A DNA stretch of 64,000 nucleotides. It comes from an uncultured Rickettsiales bacterium (GTDB taxonomy: Bacteria > Pseudomonadota > Alphaproteobacteria > Rickettsiales > Deianiraeaceae). The stretch spans positions 4,749-68,748 of the forward strand of contig CAMKKS010000001.1 of assembly GCA_946413485.1 (NCBI GenBank). Reading direction: 5' to 3'. How positions within the stretch are numbered: the first letter of the stretch is position 1; every line of letters starts with the position of its first letter. Below, in pieces: positions 6,925 to 11,783 of this stretch. A program made the position numbers and the translations under genes. A model generated the notes under the pieces. It ran no database searches. It saw only the letters and a program-made list of their open reading frames with translations, and was not told where the DNA came from.

Positions 6925-6995
6925 AGCCCCTTGACGGACTCGAACCGTCTTCTCCGGCTTGAACGCCGGTATCATAACCCATATACCAAAGGAAC
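6925..6995 (-). tRNA. non-canonical tRNA-like gene, anticodon region UUCAA (possible UCA)
   Basis: GTTCCTT TG GTAT ATGGGTTATG ATAC(C)GGC GTTCAA GCCGG AGAA GACGG TTCGAGT CCGTC AAGGGGC T; good acceptor (2 G-U) and T arm; anticodon stem CCGGC/GCCGG encloses only 6 nt; no CCA; 4 nt from tRNA-Glu. Confidence 0.45.
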
Positions 6996-6999
6996 ATAG

Positions 7000-7075
7000 T
7001 GGCGTTCCCAACGAGATTCGAACTCGTGTTACCGCCGTGAAAGGGCGATGTCCTAAACCACTAGACGATGGGAAC
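7000..7075 (-). tRNA. tRNA-Glu (anticodon UUC)
   Basis: GTTCCCA TC GTCTAGTGGTTTAGGAC A TCGCC CTTTCAC GGCGG TAAC ACGAG TTCGAAT CTCGT TGGGAAC G CCA; 76 nt. Confidence 0.9.
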
Positions 7076-7109
7076 AATCTTTTTAAATCAATTTTTAATT
7101 TATGTATTT

Positions 7110-7137
7110 ATTATATCATAATTTTATGATTTGTAAA
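7110..7137 (-). promoter_or_regulatory. sigma70-type promoter TTTACA-N16-TATAAT in front of tRNA-Glu
   Basis: Minus strand TTTACA (7137-7132), TATAAT (7115-7110); part of a roughly 60-bp repeat also at 7400-7440 and 7495-7540. Confidence 0.6.
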
Positions 7138-7169
7138 TACTTTTTTAATCAATCTTTCAAAAAGATTTT

Positions 7170-7350
7170 AAAAACACCCATAAAGACTCGAACTTTAATC
7201 TACTTCTTTTAATCTCCATCCTTGGAGGAACTTAAAGCACTTTTGCCTTGGCATTATTCTGAACAGACCCAACCATGGGGAAAATGGACTCGAACCAAAT
7301 CTACCCAAAAGCTTTAAGCATTTTCGACGTTAACCCAACTAGGTGTTTTT
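7170..7350 (-). other. two degenerate tRNA-like modules (interrupted or duplicated tRNA?)
   Basis: Two GTAGATT-x-GTTCGAGTC T-arm motifs (7185-7200, 7286-7300). 5' AACACCTA (about 7350-7343) pairs 8/8 (one G-U) with TATGGGTGTT after the distal T arm (about 7180-7171). Inner loop CTTAAAG (UAA). No single canonical cloverleaf found. Confidence 0.3.
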
Positions 7351-7408
7351 AAAATCTCTTTTAAGATTTTTTAATCAATTTTTAAAGAACTTTTTAATTT
7401 ATGTATTT

Positions 7409-7436
7409 ATTATATCATAATTTTATGATTTGTAAA
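7409..7436 (-). promoter_or_regulatory. sigma70-type promoter copy 2 upstream of tRNA array
   Basis: TTTACA (7436-7431)-N16-TATAAT (7414-7409) on the minus strand. Confidence 0.55.
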
Positions 7437-7505
7437 TACTTTTTTAAAAATTTTTTTTAATCAATTTTTAAAAGATTTTTAAATCAATTTTTAATTTATG
7501 TATTT

Positions 7506-7533
7506 ATTATATCATAATTTAATGATTTGTAAA
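7506..7533 (-). promoter_or_regulatory. sigma70-type promoter copy 3 upstream of tRNA array
   Basis: TTTACA (7533-7528)-N16-TATAAT (7511-7506) on the minus strand. Confidence 0.55.
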
Positions 7534-7633
7534 TACCTTTTTAAAAATTTTTTAAAGATTTTTAAAGAACCTAAAATAAAAAAATCTCTAAAATAATTTT
7601 AGAGATTTTTAAAAAATTTTAAAATTCTAAAAA

Positions 7634-8296
7634 TTATTTAAAATTTACAGGCTTCTTTGTTTTTGAACCTGTGAACATTCCTTTAGTGGATTTTGTCTTA
7701 AGATCAGGCGACTTAACCCATTTATCAAGATCTTGTTTAAAGTTTGCTGCATCCATAAACATTTCAGCCATATTCCAAGCGCCTGAAACATCCCAGCCTG
7801 AAATATCGGAATTAAATTTAACCGCTAGATTAAACATATTTGAGAAGCCTCTAGCTTTCTTTGTCACATTCCACTTTGATAAATCACCGCTAAAAACAGC
7901 ATTATTATAAAACATATAATCAAACAGCTGTACATTTGAAACGTTCCATTTTGAAATATCGCCGTTGAATTTTGACTCAGCAAACATCCACGACATATCT
8001 GTCACATTTTTAGTATTCCACTTTGAGATATCACCGTTGAATTTTGAAAGATGGAACATTCCTCTCATGCTTGTAACATTTGAAACATCCCACTTTGAGA
8101 TATCACCGTTGAAGTCTTTAAATTCTTGAAACAAATATGACATATCTTTAACATTTGAAACATCAATAAAGTTTAAGTCACAATTGTTTCCTTCCTTTTC
8201 GATTGTATCTCTTATAATGATTTCCAATTTAAAACGATTTTTTGGTTTTACAGTTTCAGCTTCATTTAATGAGCTTAAAAATTCTTTAAATAACAT
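7634..8296 (-). CDS. DUF285 / BspA-type leucine-rich repeat protein with CTS-like N-terminus
   Basis: Six roughly 24-aa repeats FNGDISKW(D/N)VSNVTxMxxMF; N-terminus MLFKEFLSSLNE/AET. Confidence 0.75.
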   Translation of the reverse strand: MLFKEFLSSLNEAETVKPKNRFKLEIIIRDTIEKEGNNCDLNFIDVSNVKDMSYLFQEFKDFNGDISKWDVSNVTSMRGMFHLSKFNGDISKWNTKNVTDMSWMFAESKFNGDISKWNVSNVQLFDYMFYNNAVFSGDLSKWNVTKKARGFSNMFNLAVKFNSDISGWDVSGAWNMAEMFMDAANFKQDLDKWVKSPDLKTKSTKGMFTGSKTKKPVNFK

Positions 8297-8469
8297 ATTT
8301 CACCTTTTTTGAAAATTTTAAATATAGCTATAGATTGAAGAAAATCTTGACCGATATAATCTATGAAAATTAAATCACTGTCTTTTAAATAAATGAAATT
8401 CGCAGCTTTAAAACCATCTTTAAACCCGCGACAAATATAATATTTTATACCGTCAATTTCAAAATCCAT
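8275..8469 (-). CDS. hypothetical small protein
   Basis: 64-aa ORF overlapping the start of 7634-8296 by 22 nt. Confidence 0.35.
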   Translation of the reverse strand: MDFEIDGIKYYICRGFKDGFKAANFIYLKDSDLIFIDYIGQDFLQSIAIFKIFKKGEICYLKNF

Positions 8470-8515
8470 GATTTTTTTAAATATTTATAAAAAATCACAG
8501 ATATTTTGAATATAT

Positions 8516-8719
8516 TTATTCTTCTGAATCAAGCTTATTTCCTAAACTTATGAAAATTAAGCTTGAGAATGATACGAAAGTTAAACAAAACATTCTACAG
8601 CAGATTGTGCTCGTAATTCCTAAAAGATTAAGATAGGAATCTGGAGCAACGATCAAAAATACTGAAAAAATTGAAGTAAAAACTAAAATTGCTAAAAAGC
8701 TTATTAAACAAATTTTCAT
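8516..8719 (-). CDS. small membrane protein
   Basis: 67 aa, two or three hydrophobic helices (ISFLAILVFTSIFSVFLIV; MFCLTFVSFSSLIFISL). Confidence 0.45.
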   Translation of the reverse strand: MKICLISFLAILVFTSIFSVFLIVAPDSYLNLLGITSTICCRMFCLTFVSFSSLIFISLGNKLDSEE

Positions 8720-8723
8720 TTTA

Positions 8724-9002
8724 TTAACCTACATACTCAAAAGGAACAAATCTTAAATACATATAGCCGTCACGATATTCAGCTTCAAATCCGCCTGTAG
8801 CAACTGATCCCATGTTTGGATAAATTTTAGCTCTTTCCATCACGAATCTCGCAGTATCTTTGATCATTTCAAGAGTAACTTCTTCACCTTGATAACGCCA
8901 GCCGACAGCTTTCATAATCTTAAGAGTACCGTCAAAATCAAACTTGTTCATTACAATGTTTATTCTTTCATTTATATTTTCCATTTTCGTTTCCTCAATC
9001 AT
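8724..9002 (-). CDS. hypothetical protein, paralogue of 20621-20911
   Basis: Shares FDF..LKI.K..GW.Y......I..LK....R......GGF..EY with 20621-20911; same early promoter and leader. Confidence 0.6.
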   Translation of the reverse strand: MIEETKMENINERINIVMNKFDFDGTLKIMKAVGWRYQGEEVTLEMIKDTARFVMERAKIYPNMGSVATGGFEAEYRDGYMYLRFVPFEYVG

Positions 9003-9019
9003 TGCTTGATTATGATTAT

Positions 9020-9047
9020 ATTATAACGTATTTTAAAGATTTGTAAA
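9020..9047 (-). promoter_or_regulatory. sigma70-type promoter TTTACA-N16-TATAAT
   Basis: TTTACA 9047-9042, TATAAT 9025-9020 on the minus strand; leader identical to the 2102 cassette. Confidence 0.6.
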
Positions 9048-9082
9048 TAGCTTTTTTAAAAAATTTTAAAATATTTTAAACT

Positions 9083-9210
9083 CTCATAGATACTTCTATT
9101 TTGATCATATCTCACGTTAAACGCTCTATTTCGCGTTTTAATCGATTTGGTATAGGGATAATAAGGTTTAGTTTAAAGCTCTTAAAACAAGCGTTTAACA
9201 CGAAATATGA
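9083..9210. repeat. about 130-bp inverted-repeat element, copy 1 (inverted copy at 54388-54521)
   Basis: Arms TCATATCTCACGTTAAACGCTCTATTTCGCG / AACAAGCGTTTAACACGAAATATGA around a roughly 55-nt centre; arms and flank CTCTCATAGATACTTCTATTTTG recur reverse-complemented at 54388-54521 with an unrelated centre. Confidence 0.6.
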
Positions 9211-9227
9211 AAGCTTTATTAAAAACA

Positions 9228-9260
9228 ACGTATTGAGCTTTTATAAAAAGTCTATTACGT
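9228..9260. repeat. ACGTAAT hairpin
   Basis: ACGTATTGAGCTTTTATAAAAAGTCTATTACGT. Confidence 0.6.
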
Positions 9261-9329
9261 TATAAAAAATTTTTTGATATTCTTTATATAAAGATATTTA
9301 AAAATATTTTAAATTAAAAGCTTTTAATA

Positions 9330-9385
9330 GAGTTCTAGAACTCAGTCAAAACTAGAACTCTCAATTTTAAAACTAGAACTCTCTC
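9330..9385. repeat. GTTCTAGAAC box array (3 boxes)
   Basis: GAGTTCTAGAACTC, AACTAGAACTCTC, AACTAGAACTCTC. Confidence 0.55.
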
Positions 9386-9438
9386 TAAAGTGTTTTTAAA
9401 GATATCTTTATATAAGGAAATTAAAAAAATAAAAAACA

Positions 9439-9514
9439 ACGTAATGACCTTTTCATAAAAGTGTATTACGTTGTTTTTATAACGTAATGAACAATCACAA
9501 AAAGCTCATTACGT
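9439..9514. repeat. two ACGTAAT hairpins preceded by TATATAAGGAAATTAAAAAAA box
   Basis: 9439-9471 and 9482-9514. Confidence 0.6.
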
Positions 9515-9578
9515 AATATTCGGAGAATGAAATTAAAAAATTTTTGATTTTCTATATATAGAATATTATAAAAATATT

Positions 9579-11432
9579 TTAATAATTATTATAATAATTA
9601 TCAAAACCATCTTCTAATTGTGAAAAATCTCCAAAATCGGAATCATCATATTCAGATATTTTATTTGAAAGCTCGTAAGAATCATCGTCAAAAGAATCAA
9701 AATTTCCGATAACAAAATGCTCATAAAATTTAGATGTATCTTTACAAGCTTTTTCAGGGTCATAAAGATATGAGATAACCCATTCGATATCATCAAAATT
9801 TTTAATATCACAGAAAGGCGCAAAAATTAAAGCTAAAGACATAACCAAATCATCGTGACATCCGTCATCCGCCTGGTATTTGTCATTTTTAAGGATAAAA
9901 GTTGAAAGCTCGGAAACAGTCTCAACATCGTGTAAAATCAAAATTTCGTCGTCTAAAAATGATTTTAAAATATCTAAAATCTGCGGTCTTGTTTTTTGTG
10001 TTGTTCTAAATCCTGGTTCTAAATCTGCCATTTTTCCTTTTTTCTTTTCGTAAAAAAGATTTGGATAATCATAGCTTAATTTAAGAACGCTCGAGATATA
10101 AGTTCCTGCACCTTCGTTATTCTCAACTATGATAAAAGCATTGTTGTAAATCTCACCCCATTCAACTATAAAAACAGGCATTTTTTGGAAATTACACTTA
10201 AAAAGCTGAGCTGTCGCTACCTGTTCAAACGGTTTTGAAGTCAAATCAACAATTTGAATGGCGAAAGCATCCTCACCGGATTTTGCTGGGTCAACAGCTA
10301 AAAAATAGATATGATCTTTTTGAGGTTCTTTGTAGATTTTTAATCTTGAATCTCTTAAGTATTCAGGCTCTTTTGTTGAATTAGAAAGTTTATCCAAAGT
10401 TTCTGCTGACGGCAAAGTCAAAGAAGAACCCAAAAACGAGCATTGGTAATTTTGTAAAAAAAATTTTTCACCGTGCTTCTTAATTGTTTTTTCTTTAAAC
10501 TGTTCAGGGGTTAAAAGATTTCCTTTAGAATCGTATCTCGGTACATCTCGCCAGTTCACAAAGTGATATTTAAAACCGTTTGTTTTATTCTTTGCACCGT
10601 CAACGATTTTCTTAAAATGATTAACTCCGTTTGGTGTACTTATAATTATATTCTTTTTCCAGCCTAAAGCAGATTGTGAAGGGAAAACGGAATCTTCCAT
10701 CTCTTTCCAAACGTTCGATCTGATAAAAGCACACTCATCAATAACGAGAATCGCACAAGTAAAACCTCTGAAAGCATTCTGTCCGGGAACATCAGTCAGA
10801 ATTCTCATTTTTGATTCTGATTCTATTGAGCCTTTATTCCAAACAGTTACACCGACTCTTAACCACATCGGAAGAGCTTCAAAGATATTTTTAACATTAT
10901 TTAAAAATTCTCTTGCTAAAGGTCCTTTGTTTGCGCAAATACCTATATTCATATCACTGCCGAAATTGAATTTGTGCGCAAGGTATATTGAAACAGTTAT
11001 CGATTTTCCCGATTGACGACCTTGGAGAGAGACAATATTCTCGTCGTCACCGTCCATATCTTTTAGGAATTCCACCTGATAAGGTCTTGTTTCAGGAAAA
11101 GTATAACCGGATTTTGTGAGAATTTTAACATAGTTATCTTTAAAATACATTAAATCATTTTTACATCTTTCAATCTCTTCAAGGTGGATTTTTGAAAGCT
11201 TCATTTGAGTAAATGCTTTCTTTTGATCTCTGTTTCCGTTGTTTGAAATTTTTTCACCGAAAGCATCGAGATAAAAGTTATCTTCTGATTTTTCTGTATC
11301 TAAAATCTCTAAAGCAATATCCTTTCCTTCATTTCCGTGAGATCTCAGCTCAGCTAAAAGCTCTGATGTAATTAAATTCTTGTTTGTTTTATAATGTTGA
11401 ATAACTTCAGGTGTAAAAATATCCTTTAACAT
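9579..11432 (-). CDS. terminase large subunit (T4 gp17-like)
   Basis: 617 aa; Walker A LQGRQSGKS (T4: SRQLGKT), Walker B AILVIDECAF, C-terminal nuclease acidic motifs FLAVDPA..GED and DGCHDDLVMS. Confidence 0.9.
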   Translation of the reverse strand: MLKDIFTPEVIQHYKTNKNLITSELLAELRSHGNEGKDIALEILDTEKSEDNFYLDAFGEKISNNGNRDQKKAFTQMKLSKIHLEEIERCKNDLMYFKDNYVKILTKSGYTFPETRPYQVEFLKDMDGDDENIVSLQGRQSGKSITVSIYLAHKFNFGSDMNIGICANKGPLAREFLNNVKNIFEALPMWLRVGVTVWNKGSIESESKMRILTDVPGQNAFRGFTCAILVIDECAFIRSNVWKEMEDSVFPSQSALGWKKNIIISTPNGVNHFKKIVDGAKNKTNGFKYHFVNWRDVPRYDSKGNLLTPEQFKEKTIKKHGEKFFLQNYQCSFLGSSLTLPSAETLDKLSNSTKEPEYLRDSRLKIYKEPQKDHIYFLAVDPAKSGEDAFAIQIVDLTSKPFEQVATAQLFKCNFQKMPVFIVEWGEIYNNAFIIVENNEGAGTYISSVLKLSYDYPNLFYEKKKGKMADLEPGFRTTQKTRPQILDILKSFLDDEILILHDVETVSELSTFILKNDKYQADDGCHDDLVMSLALIFAPFCDIKNFDDIEWVISYLYDPEKACKDTSKFYEHFVIGNFDSFDDDSYELSNKISEYDDSDFGDFSQLEDGFDNYYNNY

Positions 11433-11449
11433 TTTAATATCCTAAAAAT

Positions 11450-11720
11450 ACGTAATGAGCTTTTGAGAAAAGTCTATTACGTTGAAATTCTATATTTTAA
11501 AATTTTTTATTTTATTATATAATATACAGATATAAAAAATTTTTTGTTCTTTAAAAAATACGTTATGAGTTTTTATGAAAAGTCTATTACGTTATTTTTA
11601 AACTGATCATTTTTCGATCAATAAAAAATACGTTATGAGCTTTTATAAAAAGTCTATTACGTTATTTTTGAATGCTCTTAAAAAAATACGTAATGAGTTT
11701 TCGAGAAAAGTTCATTACGT
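11450..11720. repeat. four ACGTAAT hairpins between spike gene and terminase
   Basis: 11450-11482, 11560-11592, 11630-11662, 11688-11720; TATCTGTATATTATATAATAAAA element at about 11515-11545 (inverted copy at about 57125-57150). Confidence 0.65.
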
Positions 11721-11783
11721 TGTTTTTAAAAAATTTCAATTTCCTTATATAAAGATATTATAAAAATATTTAATAAAATACCT

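Noticed and set aside
6925-6995. Genome-wide TGA (or TAG) stop-codon reassignment suggested by a possible UCA tRNA.
   Set aside because: All conserved structural genes (terminase, sheath, portal, MCP, protease) are full-length in the standard code. TGA also terminates several ORFs at sensible positions (1650, 2990, 19338, 38553). At most local read-through remains possible.
4759-7350. tRNA cluster as a prophage attachment site or integration module.
   Set aside because: The tRNAs are complete genes rather than 3' fragments. No integrase, excisionase or direct att-type repeats were found nearby. The overall gene content is that of a virulent T4-like phage.
7170-7350. Group I intron in a tRNA-Leu(UAA), as in cyanobacteria and plastids.
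   Set aside because: The intervening sequence is only about 100 nt and shows no P3-P8-like core that I can recognise. It also contains a second T-arm motif, which favours duplication or decay. It is left as an open observation, not called an intron.
11450-11720. Possible CRISPR array: 33-bp palindromic repeats separated by short AT-rich spacers (also at 22630-22821).
   Set aside because: Repeat spacing is irregular (11-77 nt) and the repeats are imperfect. They also occur singly at about 20 other loci in both orientations. The spacers are low-complexity and partly related to each other. No cas genes or leader are visible.
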